A stretch of DNA of 64,000 nt, from positions 90,396,001-90,460,000 of the forward strand of contig NC_091479.1 in NCBI RefSeq assembly GCF_036971445.1, given 5' to 3'. The DNA comes from Narcine bancroftii. Lineage: Eukaryota. The position numbers were made by a program, and so were the translations under genes. Shown piece by piece: positions 37,699 to 50,950 of this stretch (within the stretch, counting starts at the first letter, position 1; each line of letters starts with the position of its first letter). The notes under the pieces are model-generated. The model did no database searches, had not been told where the DNA came from, and saw only the letters and a program-made list of their open reading frames with translations.

Positions 37699-40255
37699 AT
37701 ATGGAAAATCTACACATAGATCTTGTATTTCTTGTGGATTTAGTTCACGTCACTTCATCATTATAACAGGTGTATGTTGGTGTGACTTTAGTGTTAAAAT
37801 AGACTTTGTGTAAGGCAGTCAGACTCAACCTTTTTTCAGCTTTGGCTCCTCTAGGATTCTGCTCAAAATTTATGGGCCACCTTCCTTGTGAAGCAGTCAG
37901 TTTTGATTTCTTCCGCACTTCTCTCCTACTGACTAAATTTAAAAATAGTTATGTTATGTGAGGTGAAAAGAAAATAAGGCTTTTACTTAAATGTGCTGTG
38001 GCCCTCATTGAGACTAGTTGGTTTAAACACTGATAATAGATTTCACATTTGGAGTTTTCCACAAACTTCAAATGATCGATATCCTTACTGATAAATTATA
38101 ATGATTCTAACCTACAGTATTTGACACTCAGAATTTGCACAACATTATATTTTAAGCTCCCAGACCAATGTTTCTTGGGGACATCTCCGATTATGCCGAT
38201 TAGAAATGAGCTATTAGGCAGAGTGAAGGAAGGCACAGAGTTATTTGAAAAGCAACAAGAAAACAAAAAAAGTGGATGCTGGAAATCCGAAACAAAAGTA
38301 GAAGAAGCTGAAACACTCAGCAGATCAGGCACCATCCTTGTTAATGTTTCATATCAATGATTGTTTATTGCAAGAAAGGTCACCGACCTTCAACATCAAC
38401 TCTGTTTCTCTCTCCAAAGAGTCACTCCTTCAATGTGCCTTTAGAATTGATCTCTGTCAAATAAAGCATTTGTTATGCAAACAAAGTTTACTGAGTTCCA
38501 CTCTTGGTTTGTTCTTTCATAAAGAGTTTGTACTGTGTAGAGTTACTTTTTAAAGGAAACGAGCTTTATTAGATGGAATGAGAATGTGTGAACAGACTGC
38601 ATTGGAAATGCACAGTAAGTCACCATTAGTTTAGACCTCTCATGAGGGTAATAAAGCATCTTGAGTTCTTAAATGAAGAGCTTATTTTGCCAACTGCTGG
38701 TTGGAGAATATGAACCAGGAAATAGCACATGTTATAGAACAAATGGGAATTACTATAAGCCTTAAAAGAATAATACCTTTGGAAGTCAGTGGGCACATGA
38801 AGATGCTGGATGTCAAAGTCTTAAGTTGACTTACTGTGTGGATATTTAAGTCTTTGCGTCCATAGCCTTCCTGCTATTTTAAATTCCAGACAACCGTTTT
38901 GGGATCCATAAGAGAATTTGAACATTAGCCTGGGATGCCTGAAAACTTTCAACAACTAATCTTGCCAAGTTGTTAGCTTTAATGATAATGCTTTTTTTAA
39001 AAATCGATTGAAGAATATTCTTGTTCAGTAGAATACAAAGAAAGATTTGTAAGTCACCGAATCTGTTTCCTGATTTCATAGCAATATGACTGCTATGAAA
39101 TCGGTGACTCACAAATGTCACAAACCTTTCTAGGTATTCTACTGAGCAAGAATATTCTTCAATCAATTTTAAGAATGATACATGGATACGAGGTATGAGA
39201 GATATGTGGCTAGGTAATTAACTATGCATAATGGCAACATTTCATCCTTGGCCGAGAATTGAATCCTCATTTGCTGAATGTCATCTATACGATATACTGC
39301 CAGAGGGTGAAAATAAATAGCAGATAAGAAATAAAAGATTTTAAGAATTTAAAGTCCCACTTTATTACATTTTTAATCACACAACGACCATCAAAATTTT
39401 ACATAATTTTGAAAAAGATGGATATAAAAAATAATATTTATTGCTAAAGCATATAGATAACACCAAAAAGTTAGAGAGTGGGCAAATGCCTTCTAGGAGT
39501 CTTGTTCTAAGAGCTCGTATACCATCAAGTCATACAGCTCAGAACAGGCACTTTGGCCCAACTCATCCAAACTCACAAAGTTGGCATTAGTCCTATTCAC
39601 CTGCATTTGTCCCATATCATCACAGGCCTTTCCTATATCTAAATCTCTCCAAATATATTATGAATGGAAAAATTGTGCTCTCTTCTACAGTTCCCTCTGG
39701 CAGCCTGCTCCAGATATTGTCCACCCTCTGAGACAAAAGGTTCCTCTCAGGTCCCTCTTAAATCTCTTCCCTCTCACCATAAATCTAGGCCCTCTACTTC
39801 TAGAATCATCTATCCTGGGGAGAAAAAAAAAGACGATGACTATTCGCATTAGTAATGCCCCACATGACTTTATAAACCCTTCAACCTCCTTCATCCTTGC
39901 AGGAAAAAAATCCTTTTCTCGATACCTCAAGCCGTCTAGTCCCAACAGCAACGTCCTGGTGAATATCCTTTGCAAGCCTTCTGGATTGTGGACCATGGAA
40001 GGAATCTACAGCAGACAACTTCAGCCATGTTAAGCAGATCAAATTTGCAAGGACGATGATTAGTTCCTTAAATAGGTTTTTTTTTAAAGAAAATCCATTA
40101 TTAATTAGCTACAGGGGTCTGCTTCCCATTTCAGAAACATCATAAAATTAACGGACAAATCAATAATATTTTGAATACAATCCAAGTCTGATAATTTAGC
40201 TGTTTGTTTGGATCATAAAACTGAGATCATCCTGAAATTCAAAATGGTGTTATTT

Positions 40256-40445
40256 CTCACTGACAAAAGACAAAGGAGGAAAAACCCAACACCCAACCCC
40301 AACCAACCAATTTTCCCCTGCAACCGCTGCAACCGTGTCTGCCTGTCCCACATCGGACTTGTCAGTCACAAACGAGCCTGCAGCTGACGTGGACATTACC
40401 CCTCCATAAATCTTCGTCCGCGAAGCCAAGCCAAAGAAGAAATGA
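40256..40445 (+). mobile_element. Short 5'-truncated RTE copy
   Basis: Near-identical to the last ~185 bp of the full-length RTE. The TSD is uncertain (possibly TTATTT). Confidence 0.93.
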
Positions 40446-41453
40446 AGAGACTTCTTATTTAGAACATTTACTGACGTTGGAACAGGGAAAATCTGTTTCA
40501 CCATTTTTTTCAAATGTGGAACGGTTAATTATATTAATAGTCAGTTCACTGGAATTGTGTTCTATCTTATAAAACAGGAGAGTCAATATGCGTGGTGCAA
40601 CAGCTTCATCCTAAACCTCGCAAAGTTCATTTCATTAATTTAAGTAAACTTATTCATTTAATTCATCTAATTGGAGCATTTTTCAAGTTCAAAGGAGGAG
40701 GAAAACCCACAATGAATATAGTACACCAAGAATCCCTTACGAAGGGATATATTATGTGCTGGACCTCATTGACATCAGGAATGTTGTAGCCTTGGTCTCT
40801 GTGAGAACAGCAGCTGATAGCCACTTGCTTTGTCAATGTGTTTATGCACAGAGGAGATGTTTGGTGTCAGGCAGAGAGCAAAGTGATAAAGGCTGCAAAT
40901 AACAACCTTTTATAGTAGCCTTGTCCACTTCTTGCTTATGGACTGAGCACTGAGCTTTAAATAAATATTGATGGAAAATATAGAATTCCATTTGCATTGC
41001 AGATTGTTTGGAATGCGGTGGTAGACAAAGAAGGAATTTTAAGGCCTCTGATTTGGGCTGGTAGCACTGACGTTTGATAGCCCCCCTACTGAAACCCTAT
41101 GTTAATTTAAGCCACCCACAGTGAGTTCATTCAAAGCCACACAAAAAAAAAAATCTGCTGCCCTCTTGTCATTAAATACCTTTGTTTGTTGCAGAAGCAG
41201 CCAGGTTAAGATGGTGCCCTTTCAGTAACATTCCCTGCCCCTCTTCATGGGAACTGCAACATGACAAATTTCTTGACACTCCATAAATGATTCCTAATGC
41301 TCAGTAGTTGTTCCTTACGTCTTTCAGCACTCAATTGTCCTGACAATTATTATTGATTAAAAATTGATTTTTTTTGTGGCTCGGCATATATCAACTTTGC
41401 TGATTTGTGGCATTACAGTTGCTTCATCAAATTTAAATACAGGCATGTATTAC

Positions 41454-41477
41454 AACCCTAACCCTAACCCTAACCCT
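41454..41477. repeat. Short interstitial telomeric repeat (AACCCT)x4
   Basis: AACCCTAACCCTAACCCTAACCCT. Confidence 0.8.
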
Positions 41478-43942
41478 CAGTACATACAGTACTTTTATTT
41501 TTATACTCTGCCAAAATAAGGCAAGTAGAAAATATCGGGTTAGATTCACACAAACATTTGGAATCATTGGCATTTAATTCCTTTCACTGAACAAAGTCAA
41601 CTTTTACACTATTTTTATGTTTTTAAAAAAAATTGTTGGTAACCTCACAATGTTACTTTTACACAGCAAATGTGCTTTGAAATCTCGCTGTTCATTGCTT
41701 TTTACGTTTTTGGTATTTATTTTTCAAAAAAAAAGCTATACTTGACGGTTCAGTTATGCAATGGTGTCCCTGGAGCGATTCTACTCTATGGGTAGAATTA
41801 GTCCTATTTGCAAATTTAATTTAAGATCTCCCAAAAGATTTTAACTGAATGCATTCTTTTTTTTTTATTTTTTTTTATTTTTTATTTTTCACACCATAAA
41901 TCACATTAGCCATGATATACACTTTTTCTTTTTCACACATATACAGTGACTTTTTCTCCCCCCCCCCCTCCTCCCAAGCCACCCCCCCACCCCCCCTCTC
42001 ATCCATTTGATGGTTTTATTTTTATGATCTCCAAAAATATTTACAAGGGCATAATTTGTCCAATATACATTATTAATGATATGTTCTTCATAAAATATGA
42101 AACCTGCCAGATTGATTCACTTCTCAAGGCAGTATTTGGATTTATTTCCAAGGTACTTCGTATATATCTGTTGCAGTACTATAACAATGGACATGCCAAT
42201 CCATTAGAAGTGCTTCGACGTGTGCTTTTCTTTCCAGAGCTGTGGTCATAAGAAAATCAAAATGTTGAATCCATTTGATGAATGTAAAAGCTTTCATTGA
42301 AATCTTGTTCCATAGATATTAAAACATGTTGACAAAATACCAGTTATTTTTTGAAAACTGCAATCATTTGATGCATGAGGCTTTATAAAATGTTGTTAAT
42401 GGAATGTTACTATTAGGACAATTATGGAAATCTTAACGAAAGATTAGGTCTTTGTATAATTTGCTCCCTCAAAACCTCGTCTGCCCAGGAAGCTCATTAT
42501 ATACGAGTTTCCAGAGCTTTCAGAAAGGACAAATGTCTTAATATTCAAATATTTTTAATGTTCAAAGTGGAAAACCCTGTCTGGAAATTAATGAAACAAC
42601 ATACAGTATTTAGAACCATAGAACACTGCAGCACAGAAACAGGCCCCTTTGGCCCTTCTACTCTGTGCCAGTCCCACTGACCTGCACCCAGTCCACAGCC
42701 TTCCATACCTCTCCCATCCATGTACCTGTCAAATTTCTTCTTAAAATGTTAAAATTGAGCCTCATGTTGCCCCCTAAACCTTTCCCCTTTCACTCTTAAC
42801 CCATGTCCTCTGATTTGTATCTCACCTACCCTCAGTGGAAAAAGCCCATCTACATTTACTCTGTCTATCCACCTCACAATTGTAAAAACAGTAAAACTCC
42901 TCATTATCCAGCACCTAAGTGGATCACGGATGCTGGAAATGTGAATTTTCCAGTTGACCGAGACCCGCTCTTGCAATGCGTAACTAATACTTCTGCATTA
43001 AGAATACACTGTTTAAAAGGCAAAAGACAGTGCAAGAATGCAGTAATTTAGGAAAAAAAAGCATTGTAGCCTTTAATTATGTAAAGTTCACTTTAATCAA
43101 GTAATTCCCCTAACTTACAAAATTTTAATTCAAACCCCCGCTGCTGGCGCTGTAACAGTGTTGCGCTAGCTGCTACACTAACCAAGACACCATCATAATT
43201 AACCTCCCCTCTCCCCAAGTTTAGAAATCAATTCTTACTAATATACCCTAATACTCATAAAGATATAGACTTTTATTAGGCAGGGATAGGGAGACATTTG
43301 GGAGAGTTGCCTCAGCGGCCAGCAGCATCGACTGGCTCTTCATCCTGGTGTCCCGATCAGGGCCTCAATGTACTTTCCCGCGCTGACAGCCCAACTCACC
43401 TCGGCCCAAGTGTCGCAGTCAGACCCTTGGCGCACCTTTCTTACGCTGACAACCCGAGTCACCTTCATGACAATGTCTCGGTGAGGCCCACAGTGCACCT
43501 TCTTTTAAATTTGAACCCTGGTCACTGATTCTGTTGTGCTTACCACTGTGCTATCCTTGCTGCTGTCATTATAAATTCCCTCTCCTGGTTTACAGATAAA
43601 GCCTGACTAATACTAAAAAAGATAGTCTTACAAGACAGGGATAGGGAGAGACTTTGGGAGAGTTGCCCCAGCAACGCTTCATCCTGGGCGATACCCTTAT
43701 ATTCAAGCACAACTTTAGTGAAACTTTATTCAAACAGCTGCTGTGGGTGGGGCGCAACTGGGACACTCCGCTGGCTATGTGTTGCTTCAACAACATTTAC
43801 TTTTACAATTTTAAGCTTTTATTTGAGACTTTATTCTTATTTATTTTCCAAACACATTATTTATTTATTTCTTTTTTTTTTTTTTTTGCTGGTTGTTTGA
43901 GATTCTAGTTGATTGAATGCCAGATAATGGGGATTTTACTGC

Positions 43943-44800
43943 ACCCTGTCAAATCTCCCCTCATTTTTCTTTGCTCCAGGGAATAAAGTCCCAGTCTGTT
44001 TAACCTTTCCCTGTAACTCAGTTCCTGAAGTCAAGGCAACATCCTAGTAAATCTTCTCTGCACTCTTTCTATCTTATTGATATTTTTCCTGTAGCTAGGC
44101 GACCAAATCTGCATACAATACTTCAACTTTGACCGCACCAATGCCTTATATAACTTTACCATAACATCCTAACTCCTATACTTAATACTTTGATTTATGA
44201 AGGCCAAAATGCTAAAAGCTTTCGTTCCAATCCTATCTACCTCTGATGCCACTTTCAGGGCATTATGTGTCTGTATTACCAGATCCCTCCATTCTACCAT
44301 CCTCCTCAGTGCCCTACCATTTACCATAAATGTCCTTTCTTAGTTTGTCCTTCCAAAATGCACCACTTCACACTTGTCTGCATTAAATTCATCTGCCATT
44401 TTTCAGCCCTTTTTCCAGCTGGTCCAGATTCCTCTGCAAACTTTGTAAACCTTCTTCACTGTCCACAACATCTCCAGTCTTAGTGTCATCTGCAAACTTG
44501 CTGATCCAATTTATCAAATTATCATTGATAGAGATGACAAACAACAATTATCCCAGCACTGATCCCTGAGGCACACCACAGGCCTCAGTCTGAGAAGCCG
44601 TCATCCACCATACTCTCTGGCTTCCCCCATCCAGCCATTGTCAAATTCAGCTCACTACTTCACCATGAATACTGAGCGTCTGAATCTTCTTGACTAACCT
44701 CCCGTGTGGGACCTTGTCAAAGGCCTAATTAAACTCCATTTGACAACATCCACAGCTGTTCCTACATCAACTTTCCTGGTAACCTCCTTAAAAAACTCTA
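43943..44800 (-). mobile_element. CR1 LINE RT fragment
   Basis: Minus-strand peptides ISKFADDT, VPQGSVLG and KAFDKVPH. CR1 3' ends also occur at ~39520-39980 and ~42610-42890. Confidence 0.85.
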
Positions 44801-45781
44801 TAGTTTTCATAGCATGACAGTTTAGATTTTTCATTAGTTATATATCAGGTGAAAAATCAGTTTCTTATAAATAATCAGTGTTATTTGGAGAACAGCTGCA
44901 TGGTTCATGAGTGATGGAAAGATGCCATGGAAGAGTTAACAGTGAAATTTTATAAATTTAAAACTCACTAAATGTCAATCAAAAAAAAATCAAGCAATAT
45001 GAAAGTTTGTCAGTACAAGGTGCAAGTTCTGATCTACAAACTTTCAATGGGGCTGAGAATTTGATCATCATTATCTCTGACCATAGATTGTTCACCATCA
45101 TGTGAGCTTAACTGATGTTAAACACTGCAAATGTCAGTTAGCCATCCAAGACTTTACTTCCTTTTAAAGTATGAAGGACGATGAAGAAAAGTTCATTGAT
45201 TTTGTTTGCAAATGCAAAGATAAAATAGGGTGGGATCACTTGCACACAAGAGAAAATATACAATGAGTACTTTGTGCTTATGGCAAACATTGGATTATTT
45301 ATTATTTACTTTTCAAGGACAAATGGGGCCTAATGCCCTAAACACGTTTCCATAGACACAATCTTTCACTACCACAAATTATAGTTTAGTGACTTTCATG
45401 GCCCATGTCAAAGAGAAGAAATCATTTTTGACACTATAGCTTTCTCTTGGTTTACTTCTAAGAGGGAGTGGGCCACAAAATCCATTTTTCAAATGCGACA
45501 CCAGAGACTTACTTTCTTATCATCTGGTGTAGTGTCAATGAATTGTGGGATAACTAAGTTTTAAAAGAATAACACGGAACATGCATATTGTGTTTCCATT
45601 GTCCAATAAGATTTTATGTTTATTATAATTCTCTGTTGTCAATGAATGCAAATTAACACTGTAATCCCACTGTAGTTGACTTGAAACCAATGACTTTACA
45701 AACAGGCCTAAAAGTCCTAAACTGTTATTTACGTCACTTCAAAATGTTGATGGATTCATCACAGAAATAATAATACATTAG

Positions 45782-45838
45782 TAAAAAGAAAAGATTGTGT
45801 GATGTACCTAAAAAGAAAAGATTGTGTGATGTACCTAA
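45782..45838. repeat. Perfect 27-bp tandem duplication
   Basis: TAAAAAGAAAAGATTGTGTGATGTACC x2. Confidence 0.95.
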
Positions 45839-46076
45839 CAATGGAGCAGGGTTGAAGTCCCTAATTGTCAATCCATGTTCTAAAACAACCATGATGTTTG
45901 ATTGAACTTGACCGATTTTAATCTGCCTTTAAGTTGCCCATTTGATCAAATCTCTGTCAGTAGTCAATTACACCATCCCAAAAGGAAAATCTAGGAGTGG
46001 AGGCAATGCCTCAGCTCATAAATGAGCAAAAACTACCTGTCATCCAGTGTGAAATTGATTCCAGTCATGATGAATG

Positions 46077-46103
46077 CTGCAGTTTTGTCCACCAGAGGGA
46101 GAA
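46077..46103 (+). promoter_or_regulatory. Candidate CTCF site with upstream module
   Basis: CTGCAGT-TTTGT-CCACCAGAGGGAGA: core motif plus the TGCAG upstream module at typical spacing. Confidence 0.55.
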
Positions 46104-48023
46104 GAAAGTGTGTTGGTTATAGGGGATCATAATATGAAACAGGTCGGAGTATGAGTTACCCCTGTTAAAAATTATAATGAGTGGTTAAAACCTACATAAG
46201 TGTTTTGGAATTGGTCACTTTAAAAGGTTCCAGTCATATTTGAAACATAAATACCCCAACAGTAAGTTACATTTTATCACTAATTTCTCACAGGAAGAAA
46301 GGCTTAACAGGATCTGATACAATCCCACTCCATCTATTGCAAATAATGACTAGAGGCGCAAAATGAAATGAACATTAAAAATTCAGCCTTACGCACCACC
46401 ACCACACCCCCCCCCCACCCAATCAGAAGAACAAGAAGGTGATTTAAACTAATTTTTGTTCTTTTTAGTTTCGATGTTGCTAATATTTTTCTACAAGAAA
46501 CCCTTGCACAGGACAATGACAAACTGTGGTTCATTGATGATCAAAGCAATGAATGATGTCAGAGAGAACACAGGCCACAGTGTGAAGGATTTGTAGTTTA
46601 CTGAGCTCCCCATGTATTGAAGTTTGTTTATTTTTTATAGAAAAAAAACTGGTGGCTCATGAACCATATATCTGGTTTGTATCACAGGTTAATGTGGTTG
46701 AGAACCAAAAGTACTGAAAATTAATAAGTTTAAAGTGGTGGCGATGCTTCTAACCCCAAGTGACCCGAGGTCATGTGATGTCACAGAAATCACTTCCAGG
46801 TGGAAAACAAACAACCACAAATAAACCATTGGCACACAGACCACACATGAAGGAGAGCATGTACTTTGTTACAAGGGTGTGCTTTCTTTTCAATTGTTAA
46901 ACAATCTAAATCTTCAAAGTGGCATGGATACAGATTATGGGCGATGAATTGCTTACTAAAAGGTACAGGGAACTTTAACCTCTCGAGGGTCAAGTTTACA
47001 TTTTTTGTACAACTTCAAGAAAAAAAAATATCAAACATTTTAATTTAATAAAGTACTTGGCATTCCATTTGTCTGATTAAAACAAAGTTCTTTAAAAATA
47101 AAACTTTCCTTAAAGAAATAGAGAAATTAACTTCTAGGAATTCCATCGCATAGAAAGAGTTAACACTATCAATTTGAGTTGCAGAGCCATTTATTTATTT
47201 CAAGCTAAACTGGGAAGATTCCTGACATTAAGCAACACTTAAATGTACTGTAATTTTTAGCAGAATATAAGGAAATCTTGACTTTAACTAGAGTGTTTAG
47301 ATATTCACTACTTTTGGAGAAAACCTAGTAGCTTTTAATGGCATGGCTTTAGATTCTATGTCATCAGATCAAAAAGCAGGTCACATTCACACATGGAATA
47401 AGCATTTGCAAGAACAGACTGACCATTCCAGGAAAAGTCCCTCATTCTGTCCCGACATCTCAATCTCACCTAAACCACTGCACCCATCAAGTTTATGCCT
47501 AATTCCAGATTATTATCATCATGGTTTTAATCAATTCTATCTTTAGAATTGGTGAGGAATGGCTACTCTGTGATACAAGCACAGTAACAGGCCCTTTCAG
47601 CCCATGGGCCCATGCCACCTAATTACACCCAATTGACCTACAACCCTGTTATGTTTTGAAGGGTGGGAGGAAACTGGAGCACCAGGAGGGAAACCCACAC
47701 AACACAGGGAGGATGTACAAATCCTTACAGACAGCGCTGGATTCAAATCCAGGTCACTAACACTGTAACAGCATTTCGCCTCTTTTTGTTCCTTGTTGAC
47801 CTAAATTAACAGAAAACATTGTCCTTCCTGTTGCTGCAGATATTGGCTGGGGATGTGATCCAACACTTGATGCCTAGATAACATTGATTATGGGCAAGAT
47901 ATTCTCCTAAAGCTGATACGTCAATATTTAAATATAAGAATGCAAATCTGGTTGACCTCTGATTAAAAGGTTCTTCCTTGCAGTGGTCTGTAGAATATAA
48001 ACAGGATAAATAAATATTTAGTT

Positions 48024-48231
48024 TTTTTTAAACTTTATTTATTCATTCAAAATACAGATAATAAGTAACATACATAACAATAAACTTAAACATGAACGAT
48101 ATATTTTATAAATATAAAAAAAAAAGAAAAAGAAAAAGAGAAAAAAAAAGAAAAAGAAAAAGAGAAAAAAAAGAAAAAGAGAAATAAAAAAGAACCCCCC
48201 CCCCCCTCTTTCAGCCAACTCTCCTAAGGAG
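48024..48231 (-). mobile_element. L1 3' UTR fragment
   Basis: Similar to the L1 3' UTR near 19115-19150. TSD AATATTTAGTT at 48013-48023 and 48232-48242. Confidence 0.7.
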
Positions 48232-48329
48232 AATATTTAGTTAAAAAAAACATTTTAAAAAACACCGAAGAACATTACACAAAATAATTAAAGCATACAG
48301 GCAAGTGGTGAGAGTTAATGTTACACATA

Positions 48330-48558
48330 CAGGTACACAATCCTTTATCCGGACATCTAAAATCCGGCAAGTGGGGAAAGAGACAACTCCGTGAATCGGG
48401 CGAGCGAGAGGGGGAGACCGGTAGCGCGAGTTGGGCGAGCGAGGGATGGGGGAGACGGCATCACGACTGGAAGGGGGTGGGGTGGATGCGGCAGCACAAT
48501 TCAGGTGGGTCGAAACACACTGTCCCCCAAGGGTTCCGGATAAAGGATTGTGTACCTG
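48330..48558. mobile_element. 229-bp MITE (Tc1/mariner superfamily)
   Basis: Perfect 24-bp TIR CAGGTACACAATCCTTTATCCGGA with TA on both sides. Confidence 0.92.
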
Positions 48559-49376
48559 TACAAGACAATGACAGATTTTCTGTTTAATTAATAGAATGAC
48601 GACAAATTAGAGATTTAATTTGAAATGAAAGATTTATTTAAATATGGTTTCATTGGCACTTTGTGTCTGTACATCCAAGTCCATCATCATATTTATCAGG
48701 AAAATCCGTGGCTTAATTTCACTCTTCTCCGCCTCAGGATTATGAGTTAAATTTACAGCACTCCATCGCTCCCTTTACTTACTCCAGACGATCGAACAAA
48801 CATGGGACCAAGTGAGTGAAACACGAAAATCTGCAGATGCTGTGATTGAAATGCTGGACGAACTCAGCCGGTCTTTGCAGCATCTAAAGGAGACAATGAT
48901 ATAATGCCAATATTTCAGGTCTGAGCCCTTCTTCAAGGAAAAAAAGTAGAATAAGATGGAAGCAGGATATATCAGAAAGTCTCAGACTTCAAACAATGGG
49001 GAAGGAATCCAGACCAACAAAAGCTGTTAATTAGATATGATAAGGGTCTAGGTAAGAATTTATCATATTTGCGGGAAAGGAGACAGAATGGAGAGACGGG
49101 CAGGTTTTTTCGATAGCCTTTGCACAACTTTACCAGTCTGAAGAATGTCTGACATCTTGGGATTTGTCATTCACACATGAGCGACCAAAACTCCAAATGT
49201 CCATTTCTTTACATGAGGTTAGACAGCATACTGGAAGTGCGGTAAATAAAGGGACGGGACTTGCAATCCCACAGTGGTGGCATCCTATTCATTAGCCTGT
49301 TGTTCACAGAATGCCTGCAGTTCACTTCAGACTGCAGATGTTCCAGGAAATTGATAAGGGGTCCAGGAGGTAAAAT

Positions 49377-49909
49377 TCTTTGGCTTGGCTTCGCGGACGA
49401 AGATTTATGGAGGGGGTAAAAAGTCCACGTCAGCTGCAGGCTCGTTTGTGGCTGACAAGTCCGATGCGGGACAGGCAGACACGATTGCAGCGGTTGCAAG
49501 GGAAAATTGGTTGGTTGGGGTTGGGTGTTGGGTTTTTCCTCCTTTGCCTTTTGTCAGTGAGGTGGGCTCTGCGGTCTTCTTCAAAGGAGGTTGCTGCCCG
49601 CCAAACTGTGAGGCGCCAAGATGCACGGTTTGAGGCGATATCAGCCCACTGGCGGTGGTCAATGTGGCAGGCACCAAGAGATTTCTTTAGGCAGTCCTTG
49701 TACCTCTTCTTTGGTGCACCTCCGTCACAGTGGCCAGTGGAGAGCTCGCCATAGAACACGATCTTGGGAAGGCGATGGTCCTCCATTCTGGAGACGTGAC
49801 CCATCCAGCGCAGCTGGATCTTCAGCAGCGTGGACTCGATGCTGTCGACCTCTGCCATCTCGAGTACTTCGACGTTAGGGGTGTAAGCGCTCCAATCGAT
49901 GTTGAGGAT
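49377..49909 (-). mobile_element. 5'-truncated RTE copy
   Basis: Near-identical to the RTE 3' end. 11-bp TSD GGAGGTAAAAT at 49366-49376 and 49910-49920. Confidence 0.95.
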
Positions 49910-50427
49910 GGAGGTAAAATGCTGGAATGGGAATGGCTTTTTACACAGCATGCATTTTGGGAAAATGGCACTAATTTCCTGGAATGCAGCGACTGCTTAA
50001 AAAAACATAAGAGGTAAGGAAAGGTGACCGGGGGGATGGTGGGGGGGGGGGGGGGGGGTGGTGCTAAAAGTTCATCAGCTGACAAGCTTCAGAATTGAGG
50101 GTTACATTTTAATTCTGAATCAGATTGGACAGAGTAAGTTATCATTGAATTGATAGCATTCTTGCTTTTGATTGATTCCACTCCAACAACTTGATCTGAA
50201 AAATTTAGGCCAACACTTCTGAGGGTGTGCTGCATTCTAATTTTAATTTTTGTTAGCAAAACAGCAGGGTAACAGACCCTTCTGGCCTACAAGCCAGTGC
50301 CACCTAAATACACCAATGAACCTATGTACATTTTTGGAGGTTGAGAGGAAACCCACACAAACACAGGATAAATGTATAAGCGCTGGATTTGAACCGGGTC
50401 GCCGTCATATCATTGCACCAACCTCTT

Positions 50428-50550
50428 GGAGGTGCCATTATTCAGGTGAAGTTAACTGAAGCCCCAATCTCCTCTCTCAGCTAGATATAAATGATCAGAG
50501 GTGTCTCCACTCAAGTTATCACTTCCTTAACACTACAAATCAGATTATCT
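50428..50550 (+). mobile_element. Deu-SINE domain relic, apparently continuing at ~50970-51030
   Basis: GGAGGTGCC..TTAACTGAAGCCCC..CTCTCAG..CAGATTATCT, then GGAGCTTG..GTGCAAATTAGCTACC after the nested inserts. Confidence 0.5.
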
Positions 50551-50701
50551 CGGGAATTTAACAGAAAATACTGGAAATGCTCAGTAGAGCGGGCAGCAAC
50601 TGTGGAAAGCGAATGGGTTAACATTTCAGATCAAGAAACGTTCAAGCACCTGACCCACTGAGTGTTTCCAGCAACTTCTATTTCATTTCAGGTTTCTATA
50701 C

Positions 50702-50950
50702 GGGCAGCACGGTTGGCGTAGCGGTTAGTGCAATGCCTTTACAGCGCCAGTGATCAGACCAGGGTTCAAATCCCACACTGACTGTAAGCAGTGTGTATGC
50801 TCTCCCCATGCCGGTCTGTGTTTTCCCCGAGGGCTCTGGTTTCCTCCCACTGATCGAAATGTATGGGGGTGTAGGTTAATTGGGTGTAAATTGGGCATCA
50901 TGGACTCATGGGCCAAAATGGCTTGTTACCGTGCTGTATGTCTAAATTTA
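50702..50950 (+). mobile_element. Complete V-SINE (HE1-like) copy
   Basis: A box TGGCGTAGCGGTTAG, B box GGTTCAAATCCC, V core, CR1-like tail GTTACCGTGCTGTATGTCTAAA. Confidence 0.8.

Noticed and set aside
39581-40033. 150-aa ORF
   Set aside because: Antisense to a decayed CR1 3' end.
50702-50775. tRNA gene
   Set aside because: The A and B boxes belong to a multi-copy SINE head and there is no intact cloverleaf.
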